NCBI GenBank assembly: GCA_040954595.2
Contig: CM082583.2
Location: 13,426,291-13,490,290, forward strand
DNA from: Balanoglossus misakiensis
Lineage: Eukaryota > Animalia > Hemichordata
DNA length: 64,000 bases
Direction of reading: 5' to 3'
This document shows positions 53,501-61,400 of this stretch, piece after piece; position 1 is the first letter of the stretch; each line of letters begins with the position of its first letter. A program made the position numbers and the translations under genes. The notes below the pieces were generated by a model that was given only the letters and a program-made list of their open reading frames with translations, was not told where the DNA came from and did not search any database.

Positions 53501-54280
53501 TGTCCACTTCTGTGCATCTACAGATATTAGCTGCAGAGTTACTGAATCAAGTTCTGGATGCCAGAGAGTTGGTAAGACAAGCCAAGAAATCAAAAACACA
53601 GAATGGATTGAAAAAAGACCAATCATTGAGTAAAGCTCACTCTCTTGCATCGTCTATACTGAATATGAGTGAAGCAGATATTGAAGATTTTATGAATTCC
53701 ACCGAAGCAAATCTAGAAGAAGAAATGGTGAGTTTAAATCATAACTCTGTAAAAATGCAGTCTTCATTTCAATATATTGATACATTGTAACCAACTACGC
53801 TACACATCTTACAAGTGTCATACAAACCATCTTCAGCATTGGCATTGGCATGTATTGTTGTCAGGATGTTGTCAAGATTTTCTAGTCCCTGCTGGTGCAA
53901 ATGTACAAAGTCAGGTCTGTCTTATGCCTGGTTCAGAGCTGAGACGACAGCTGTTCAAAAGTTGTCTTCTTCATACATTGCAAAACAGACGTGTTTACAA
54001 CTGGTCTGTTGGGGGCGCTATCTGTAACACGTACATTGATATCACTTACACGATTCATCCAACTTTTCCTCTTCATCATGACATACAGGCAACAGAAGCA
54101 CTTGAAGAACACAGACAAGACTCGCAGTGGAATAAACGATGGCAGGCTGCTGTCAGTTCAAAAGTGCCATTTGCCAAGGATCTCATGGAAATTTTAATGG
54201 AAAAAGTGACAGAACGGGACCATCTTCTGTCTAAAGTGGAAACAACTCCAGTAAAATCAGCAAAAACATTCCAACTGTAA
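26890..54280 (+). CDS. CNTLN: Centlein, centrosomal coiled-coil protein; whole spliced CDS, 34 coding exons, about 1290 aa
   Basis: All junctions are GT-AG and phase-consistent, totalling 3873 nt. Centlein motifs include CQADKEFVWSLWKRLQV, EREK..E.KD.KVLEILQ.KD, DP..L.QEDSD.VWNELAYFK, DGWEEVS and SLASSILNMS. Confidence 0.9.
29490..29584. mobile_element. 75-bp hairpin (MITE-like) insertion with a 10-bp target-site duplication
   Basis: Arms 29501-29529 and 29543-29572 are reverse complements (1 mismatch, 1 indel) around a 13-nt loop. The direct repeat CATGACTATT flanks it at 29490-29499 and 29575-29584. Confidence 0.75.
32538..32567. repeat. (TG)15 microsatellite
   Basis: Read directly from the sequence. 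Confidence 0.95.
33373..33386. promoter_or_regulatory. RFX X-box consensus GTTGCCATGGTAAC in CNTLN intron 1
   Basis: Full match to the GTNRCCATRGYAAC X-box consensus; function is untested. Confidence 0.4.
34186..34250 (+). CDS. CNTLN: CNTLN exon 2
   Basis: Long pyrimidine tract then cag|; encodes DAEISRLRAENHALADELAQCQ|gt. Confidence 0.88.
35006..35094 (+). CDS. CNTLN: CNTLN exon 3
   Basis: Encodes ADKEFVWSLWKRLQVASPDMTQAISLVVQ, a centlein signature. Confidence 0.93.
36463..36547 (+). CDS. CNTLN: CNTLN exon 4
   Basis: Encodes REKEKAEIKDKKVLEILQIKDDRISELEK. Confidence 0.92.
39730..39773 (+). CDS. CNTLN: CNTLN exon 5
   Basis: ccag|VLSQQQQELNDFVA|gtgggt; phase 0 to 2. Confidence 0.8.
41358..41442 (+). 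CDS. CNTLN: CNTLN exon 6
   Basis: RKIALDGEKDVLEKENRELRRKSKSLEEL|gtaagc. Confidence 0.85.
42318..42399 (+). CDS. CNTLN: CNTLN exon 7
   Basis: LESRESRLKTNEELNRQVIDNLDRDKQ; needed to bridge phase 0 to 1. Confidence 0.75.
42562..42665 (+). CDS. CNTLN: CNTLN exon 8
   Basis: DLTKRVTEHLIEADKAKEELAKLRLANDKLDNTVK|gt. Confidence 0.82.
42891..42947 (+). CDS. CNTLN: CNTLN exon 9
   Basis: ILEDDLHDRRQRFDAISKE|gttggt. Confidence 0.78.
43181..43278 (+). CDS. CNTLN: CNTLN exon 10
   Basis: HEEVLARFQEQERQTMKQETEVDNRERALNRL|gtgaga; an alternative same-phase donor follows 43272. Confidence 0.8.
44382..45015. mobile_element. Possible decayed non-autonomous TIR element
   Basis: Imperfect inverted ends AAAGTtgtgTCACTTTTG / CAAAAGTGAgagACTTT, TTAA-like flanks and a somewhat more GC/CpG-rich interior than the host intron. 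Confidence 0.3.
45151..45260 (+). CDS. CNTLN: CNTLN exon 11
   Basis: RKDLSEMRSLHSQCAGHAAQQTDLIRQLQSLQFDTQQ, similar to the centlein H.AQQ..LI.QLQ.L..DTQ motif. Confidence 0.88.
45422..45474 (+). CDS. CNTLN: CNTLN exon 12
   Basis: VMKNQEEAHTMEASSLQA|gtaagt. Confidence 0.85.
45761..45886 (+). CDS. CNTLN: CNTLN exon 13
   Basis: MYADLNSRYQIIKQALEK...PWDA|gtaagt. Confidence 0.8.
46334..46434 (+). CDS. CNTLN: CNTLN exon 14
   Basis: EIQACESCIISECKISSLQTEIDLLKDRLKEKS|gt. Confidence 0.75.
46554..46685. mobile_element. 132-bp MITE with perfect 20-bp terminal inverted repeats
   Basis: TAGCAATAAAACACCCCCAG ... CTGGGGGTGTTTTATTGCTA, with further imperfect pairing inside (ATACCA/TGGTAT) and TA at both ends; in CNTLN intron 14. 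Confidence 0.75.
46777..46834 (+). CDS. CNTLN: CNTLN exon 15 (3' end 46834 or 46846)
   Basis: RLIYTLDKEGGEKEQDTSAA; there are two phase-0 donors, so the end is ambiguous. Confidence 0.65.
47700..47879 (+). CDS. CNTLN: CNTLN exon 16
   Basis: VVRDTRSS...RSRSMSP...LERALALK|gt. Confidence 0.8.
48114..48232 (+). CDS. CNTLN: CNTLN exon 17
   Basis: HEECNEIQAAHDRRLDRLRTLQQNYNILKEQIKTYEDEQ. Confidence 0.88.
48531..48656 (+). CDS. CNTLN: CNTLN exon 18
   Basis: RRSDPRTLQQEDSDTVWNELAYFK, a centlein signature. Confidence 0.92.
48813..48999 (+). CDS. CNTLN: CNTLN exon 19
   Basis: RMNLQEELDLLKV...ELKKQ|gt. Confidence 0.87.
49112..49200 (+). CDS. CNTLN: CNTLN exon 20
   Basis: IKSLENLLESLEKENETLMDERDNIIKEK|gtcagt. 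Confidence 0.83.
49354..49507 (+). CDS. CNTLN: CNTLN exon 21
   Basis: RTLKSDYGNLKTDISERD...NSLKD|gtaaat. Confidence 0.8.
49684..49775 (+). CDS. CNTLN: CNTLN exon 22
   Basis: HQRALNKSIEQMSVIFSDFDNDGWEEVSSE. Confidence 0.88.
49907..50048 (+). CDS. CNTLN: CNTLN exon 23
   Basis: SGGETGESLGCQIV...PTTRQ|gtgaga. Confidence 0.78.
50237..50339 (+). CDS. CNTLN: CNTLN exon 24
   Basis: MASVQSHIKRLARAY...IAIQTDD|gtaaga. Confidence 0.78.
50482..50583 (+). CDS. CNTLN: CNTLN exon 25
   Basis: EVQVVRSPRRFVDTGVG...TTSR|gtgaga; symmetric phase 1-1. Confidence 0.75.
50851..50987 (+). CDS. CNTLN: CNTLN exon 26
   Basis: VKRRDIATSP...SLKQRLASLQQQ|gtgagg. Confidence 0.83.
51278..51409 (+). CDS. CNTLN: CNTLN exon 27
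   Basis: VTVLRDSKTAIQK...QRLKISKQTIQ|gt. Confidence 0.85.
51718..51900 (+). CDS. CNTLN: CNTLN exon 28
   Basis: KLTQELENCQ...DTEWKQLESRLK|gtaaga. Confidence 0.85.
52216..52313 (+). CDS. CNTLN: CNTLN exon 29
   Basis: ISSSEVSKQAGVIKTLKSENESQAEQLKTFQD|gtaagt. Confidence 0.85.
52494..52602 (+). CDS. CNTLN: CNTLN exon 30
   Basis: KINRVERDISQKRSLIEDLRSK...ETI|gtgagt. Confidence 0.88.
52772..52927 (+). CDS. CNTLN: CNTLN exon 31
   Basis: KSLEEKLK...SLKKRLSALTKEKHQYE...ELEKK|gtaagt. Confidence 0.88.
53097..53282 (+). CDS. CNTLN: CNTLN exon 32
   Basis: TKQLTECQ...ELETAAAQQLQGLASRSESALE...FVK|gtaagt. Confidence 0.88.
53524..53727 (+). CDS. CNTLN: CNTLN exon 33
   Basis: ILAAELL...KAHSLASSILNMSEADIEDFM...EEM|gtgagt. 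Confidence 0.88.
54089..54280 (+). CDS. CNTLN: CNTLN terminal coding exon 34
   Basis: acag|ATEALEEHRQDSQW...PFAKDLMEILMEKVTER...FQL*. Confidence 0.85.
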   Translation, partial: ATEALEEHRQDSQWNKRWQAAVSSKVPFAKDLMEILMEKVTERDHLLSKVETTPVKSAKTFQL

Positions 54281-54413
54281 AGATATGAACATTGAATAAT
54301 TTAAGGAAATTGCAATTCAATAAGTCAGTATTTTTGTACTCTATAAAAATATAACATTTTGATGAAGCTCTTATAAAATTATGTGTGCATGATTACTCGT
54401 AAATTAATAAGTC

Positions 54414-54465
54414 AATAAAGATATTTTTGCATGAAATGTGATTTTTGTTAAAAATGTAAAATAAA
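54414..54465 (+). terminator. Candidate CNTLN polyadenylation signals (AATAAA at 54414 and 54460)
   Basis: Two canonical hexamers 130-180 nt after the stop; a third lies at 54716. The AT-rich context makes chance hits likely. Confidence 0.45.
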
Positions 54466-55054
54466 GCAAGATGAGTGTTGAAGTATTTTAAGCTAACAAC
54501 AAAAAATTATGTATGAATTTCATCAACTTTTTGGGGGAAAACTATTTATTTTGGATGTTCAATAACCCTTGTACACTTTGGTTCTTCTTCTCCTTGTCAT
54601 TATTGGGAAGTAATCAAGACATTCTTTTGTGATATGCTTTTAACCAAATTAAATTTATGAGAAATTTACTAAATATAACAATTACCAGATACAAATTTGG
54701 CTTTCATGGGATTTGAATAAAATGGTCAATAAGAAACAATGTTCCGTGCACATTTTCTTATGTACATGTATGTCTTAGTATAGCCTTATTCAAAATGGCC
54801 ATCAGTTGTCATAGGAACAATCAGCCTAACATCAGCAATCCACAATGAATATGTATTTGATAAGCTTTTGTTTGTATTAAAAGATTTTTTGTTGTTGACA
54901 TTATACCAATTCTTGCCTTGTTTTTATTTATTTACCCTTTTTCGGAACATGCTCATAAGAAATTAAAATGTATTACACTGCTTAAACACAACTGAATATT
55001 TGTAAGATGAATCATTTGAGGAGTATTTTTTCATATTCTGTGTGCCAGTTTCTT

Positions 55055-55420
55055 CTTTGCGAATTTTCAAAATTTGGTCATTTTTTCGAAAAAACCATGG
55101 GTTATAGCTCATGAAAATCATCCAGAAATGACAATTTTTCGACTTTGCGAATTTTCAAAATTTGGTCATTTTTTCGAAAAAACCATGGGTTATAGCTCAT
55201 GAAAATCATCCAGAAATGACAATTTTTCGACTTTGCGAATTTTCAAAATTTGGTCATTTTTTGAAAAAACCATGGGTTATAGCTCAGGAAAATGTTCAAA
55301 AATCGAGGATTTTTCGACTTTGCGAATTTTCAAAATTTGGTCATTTTTTGAAAAAACCATGGGTTATAGCTCAGGAAAATGTTCAAAAATCTAGGATTTT
55401 TCGACTTTGCGAATTTTCAA
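55055..55420 (+). repeat. 87/88-bp satellite, about 4 monomers in opposite orientation to the main array
   Basis: Reverse complement of the main-array monomer; the first two copies are diverged variants (atgaaaatcatccagaaatgacaa). Confidence 0.93.
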
Positions 55421-58400
55421 TTTTCATGAGCTATAACCCATGGTTTTTTCGAAAAAATGACCAAATTTTGAAAATTCGCAAAGTCGAAAAATCCTCGATT
55501 TTTGAACATTTTCATGAGCTATAACCCATGGTTTTTTCGAAAAAATGACCAAATTTTGAAAATTCGCAAAGTCGAAAAATCCTCGATTTTTGAACATTTT
55601 CCTGAGCTATAACCCATGGTTTTTTTCAAAAAATGACCAAATTTTGAAAATTCGCAAAGTCGAAAAATCCTCGATTTTTGAACATTTTCCTGAGCTATAA
55701 CCCATGGTTTTTTTCAAAAAATGACCAAATTTTGAAAATTCGCAAAGTCGAAAAATCCTCGATTTTTGAACATTTTCCTGAGCTATAACCCATGGTTTTT
55801 TCAAAAAATGACCAAATTTTGAAAATTCGCAAAGTCGAAAAATCCTCGATTTTTGAACATTTTCCTGAGCTATAACCCATGGTTTTTTCAAAAAATGACC
55901 AAATTTTGAAAATTCGCAAAGTCGAAAAATCCTCGATTTTTGAACATTTTCCTGAGCTATAACCCATGGTTTTTTCAAAAAATGACCAAATTTTGAAAAT
56001 TCGCAAAGTCGAAAAATCCTCGATTTTTGAACATTTTCCTGAGCTATAACCCATGGTTTTTTTCAAAAAATGACCAAATTTTGAAAATTCGCAAAGTCGA
56101 AAAATCCTCGATTTTTGAACATTTTCCTGAGCTATAACCCATGGTTTTTTTCAAAAAATAACCAAATTTTGAAAATTCGCAAAGTCGAAAAATCCTCGAT
56201 TTTTGAACATTTTCCTGAGCTATAACCCATGGTTTTTTCAAAAAATAACCAAATTTTGAAAATTCGCAAAGTCGAAAAATCCTCGATTTTTGAACATTTT
56301 CCTGAGCTATAACCCATGGTTTTTTTCAAAAAATGACCAAATTTTGAAAATTCGCAAAGTCGAAAAATCCTCGATTTTTGAACATTTTCCTGAGCTATAA
56401 CCCATGGTTTTTTCAAAAAATGACCAAATTTTGAAAATTCGCAAAGTCGAAAAATCCTCGATTTTTGAACATTTTCCTGAGCTATAACCCATGGTTTTTT
56501 CAAAAAATGACCAAATTTTGAAAATTCGCAAAGTCGAAAAATCCTCGATTTTTGAACATTTTCCTGAGCTATAACCCATGGTTTTTTCAAAAAATGACCA
56601 AATTTTGAAAATTCGCAAAGTCGAAAAATCCTCGATTTTTGAACATTTTCCTGAGCTATAACCCATGGTGTTTTCAAAAAATGACCAAATTTTGAAAATT
56701 CGCAAAGTCGAAAAATCCTCGATTTTTGAACATTTTCCTGAGCTATAACCCATGGTTTTTTCAAAAAATGACCAAATTTTGAAAATTCGCAAAGTCGAAA
56801 AATCCTCGATTTCCTGAGCTATAACCCATGGTTTTTTCAAAAAATGACCAAATTTTGAAAATTCGCAAAGTCGAAAAATCCTCGATTTTTGAACATTTTC
56901 CTGAGCTATAACCCATGGTTTTTTCAAAAAATGACCAAATTTTGAAAATTCGCAAAGTCGAAAAATCCTCGATTTTTGAACATTTTCCTGAGCTATAACC
57001 CATGGTTTTTTCAAAAAATGACCAAATTTTGAAAATTCGCAAAGTCGAAAAATCCTCGATTTTTGAACATTTTCCTGAGCTATAACCCATGGTTTTTTCA
57101 AAAAATGACCAAATTTTGAAAATTCGCAAAGTCGAAAAATCCTCGATTTTTGAACATTTTCCTGAGCTATAACCCATGGTTTTTTCAAAAAATGACCAAA
57201 TTTTGAAAATTCGCAAAGTCGAAAAATCCTCGATTTTTGAACATTTTCCTGAGCTATAACCCATGGTTTTTTCAAAAAATGACCAAATTTTGAAAATTCG
57301 CAAAGTCGAAAAATCCTCGATTTTTGAACATTTTCCTGAGCTATAACCCATGGTTTTTTCAGAAAAATGACCAAATTTTGAAAATTCGCAAAGTCGAAAA
57401 ATCCTCGATTTTTGAACATTTTCCTGAGCTATAACCCATGGTTTTTTCAAAAAATGACCAAATTTTGAAAATTCGCAAAGTCGAAAAATCCTCGATTTTT
57501 GAACATTTTCCTGAGCTATAACCCATGGTTTTTTCAAAAAATGACCAAATTTTGAAAATTCGCAAAGTCGAAAAATCCTCGATTTTTGAACATTTTCCTG
57601 AGCTATAACCCATGGTTTTTTCAAAAAATGACCAAATTTTGAAAATTCGCAAAGTCGAAAAATCCTCGATTTTTGAACATTTTCCTGAGCTATAACCCAT
57701 GGTTTTTTCAAAAAATGACCAAATTTTGAAAATTCGCAAAGTCGAAAAATCCTCGACTTTTGAACATTTTCCTGAGCTATATCCCATGGTTTTTTCAAAA
57801 AATGACCAAATTTTGAAAATTCGCAAAGTCGAAAAATCCTCGATTTTTGAACATTTTCCTGAGCTATAACCCATGGTTTTTTCAAAAAATGACCAAATTT
57901 TGAAAATTCGCAAAGTCGAAAAATCCTCGATTTTTGAACATTTTCCTGAGCTATAACCCATGGTGTTTTCAAAAAATGACCAAATTTTGAAAATTCGCAA
58001 AGTCGAAAAATCCTCGATTTTTGAACATTTTCCTGAGCTATAACCCATGGTGTTTTCAAAAAATGACCAAATTTTGAAAATTCGCAAAGTCGAAAAATCC
58101 TCGATTTTTGAACATTTTCCTGAGCTATAACCCATGGTTTTTTCAAAAAATGACCAAATTTTGAAAATTCGCAAAGTCGAAAAATCCTCGATTTTTGAAC
58201 ATTTTCCTGAGCTATAACCCATGGTTTTTTCAAAAAATGACCAAATTTTGAAAATTCGCAAAGTCGAAAAATCCTCGATTTTTGAACATTTTCCTGAGCT
58301 ATAACCCATGGTTTTTTCAAAAAATGACCAAATTTTGAAAATTCGCAAAGTCGAAAAATCCTCGATTTTTGAACATTTTCCTGAGCTATAACCCATGGTT

Positions 58401-61400
58401 TTTTCAAAAAATGACCAAATTTTGAAAATTCGCAAAGTCGAAAAATCCTCGATTTTTGAACATTTTCCTGAGCTATAACCCATGGTTTTTTCAAAAAATG
58501 ACCAAATTTTGAAAATTCGCAAAGTCGAAAAATCCTCGATTTTTGAACATTTTCCTGAGCTATAACCCATGGTTTTTTCAAAAAATGACCAAATTTTGAA
58601 AATTCGCAAAGTCGAAAAATCCTCGATTTTTGAACATTTTCCTGAGCTATAACCCATGGTTTTTTCAAAAAATGACCAAATTTTGAAAATTCGCAAAGTC
58701 GAAAAATCCTCGATTTTTGAACATTTTCCTGAGCTATAACCCATGGTTTTTTCAAAAAATGACCAAATTTTGAAAATTCGCAAAGTCGAAAAATCCTCGA
58801 TTTTTGAACATTTTCCTGAGCTATAACCCATGGTTTTTTCAAAAAATGACCAAATTTTGAAAATTCGCAAAGTCGAAAAATCCTCGATTTTTGAACATTT
58901 TCCTGAGCTATAACCCATGGTGTTTTCAAAAAATGACCAAATTTTGAAAATTCGCAAAGTCGAAAAATCCTCGATTTTTGAACATTTTCCTGAGCTATAA
59001 CCCATGGTTTTTTCAAAAAATGACCAAATTTTGAAAATTCGCAAAGTCGAAAAATCCTCGATTTTTGAACATTTTCCTGAGCTATAACCCATGGTTTTTT
59101 CAAAAAATGACCAAATTTTGAAAATTCGCAAAGTCGAAAAATCCTCGATTTTTGAACATTTTCCTGAGCTATAACCCATGGTTTTTTCAAAAAATGACCA
59201 AATTTTGAAAATTCGCAAAGTCGAAAAATCCTCGATTTTTGAACATTTTCCTGAGCTATAACCCATGGTTTTTTCAAAAAATGACCAAATTTTGAAAATT
59301 CGCAAAGTCGAAAAATCCTCGATTTTTGAACATTTTCCTGAGCTATAACCCATGGTTTTTTCAAAAAATGACCAAATTTTGAAAATTCGCAAAGTCGAAA
59401 AATCCTCGATTTTTGAACATTTTCCTGAGCTATAACCCATGGTTTTTTCAAAAAATGACCAAATTTTGAAAATTCGCAAAGTCGAAAAATCCTCGATTTT
59501 TGAACATTTTCCTGAGCTATAACCCATGGTTTTTTCAAAAAATGACCAAATTTTGAAAATTCGCAAAGTCGAAAAATCCTCGATTTTTGAACATTTTCCT
59601 GAGCTATAACCCATGGTTTTTTCAAAAAATGACCAAATTTTGAAAATTCGCAAAGTCGAAAAATCCTCGATTTTTGAACATTTTCCTGAGCTATAACCCA
59701 TGGTTTTTTTAAAAAATGACCAAATTTTGAAAATTCGCAAAGTCGAAAAATCCTCGATTTTTGAACATTTTCCTGAGCTATAACCCATGGTTTTTTCAAA
59801 AAATGACCAAATTTTGAAAATTCGCAAAGTCGAAAAATCCTCGATTTTTGAACATTTTCCTGAGCTATAACCCATGGTTTTTTCAAAAAATGACCAAATT
59901 TTGAAAATTCGCAAAGTCGAAAAATCCTCGATTTTTGAACATTTTCCTGAGCTATAACCCATGGTTTTTTCAAAAAATGACCAAATTTTGAAAATTCGCA
60001 AAGTCGAAAAATCCTCGATTTTTGAACATTTTCCTGAGCTATAACCCATGGTTTTTTCAAAAAATGACCAAATTTTGAAAATTCGCAAAGTCGAAAAATC
60101 CTCGATTTTTGAACATTTTCCTGAGCTATAACCCATGGTTTTTTCAAAAAATGACCAAATTTTGAAAATTCGCAAAGTCGAAAAATCCTCGATTTTTGAA
60201 CATTTTCCTGAGCTATAACCCATGGTTTTTTCAAAAAATGACCAAATTTTGAAAATTCGCAAAGTCGAAAAATCCTCGATTTTTGAACATTTTCCTGAGC
60301 TATAACCCATGGTTTTTTCAAAAAATGACCAAATTTTGAAAATTCGCAAAGTCGAAAAATCCTCGATTTTTGAACATTTTCCTGAGCTATAACCCATGGT
60401 TTTTTCAAAAAATGACCAAATTTTGAAAATTCGCAAAGTCGAAAAATCCTCGATTTTTGAACATTTTCCTGAGCTATAACCCATGGTTTTTTCAAAAAAT
60501 GACCAAATTTTGAAAATTCGCAAAGTCGAAAAATCCTCGATTTTTGAACATTTTCCTGAGCTATAACCCATGGTTTTTTCAAAAAATGACCAAATTTTGA
60601 AAATTCGCAAAGTCGAAAAATCCTCGATTTTTGAACATTTTCCTGAGCTATAACCCATGGTGTTTTCAAAAAATGACCAAATTTTGAAAATTCGCAAAGT
60701 CGAAAAATCCTCGATTTTTGAACATTTTCCTGAGCTATAACCCATGGTTTTTTCAAAAAATGACCAAATTTTGAAAATTCGCAAAGTCGAAAAATCCTCG
60801 ATTTTTGAACATTTTCCTGAGCTATAACCCATGGTTTTTTCAAAAAATGACCAAATTTTGAAAATTCGCAAAGTCGAAAAATCCTCGATTTTTGAACATT
60901 TTCCTGAGCTATAACCCATGGTTTTTTCAAAAAATGACCAAATTTTGAAAATTCGCAAAGTCGAAAAATCCTCGATTTTTGAACATTTTCCTGAGCTATA
61001 ACCCATGGTTTTTTCAAAAAATGACCAAATTTTGAAAATTCGCAAAGTCGAAAAATCCTCGATTTTTGAACATTTTCCTGAGCTATAACCCATGGTTTTT
61101 TCAAAAAATGACCAAATTTTGAAAATTCGCAAAGTCGAAAAATCCTCGATTTTTGAACATTTTCCTGAGCTATAACCCATGGTTTTTTCAAAAAATGACC
61201 AAATTTTGAAAATTCGCAAAGTCGAAAAATCCTCGATTTTTGAACATTTTCCTGAGCTATAACCCATGGTTTTTTCAAAAAATGACCAAATTTTGAAAAT
61301 TCGCAAAGTCGAAAAATCCTCGATTTTTGAACATTTTCCTGAGCTATAACCCATGGTTTTTTCAAAAAATGACCAAATTTTGAAAATTCGCAAAGTCGAA

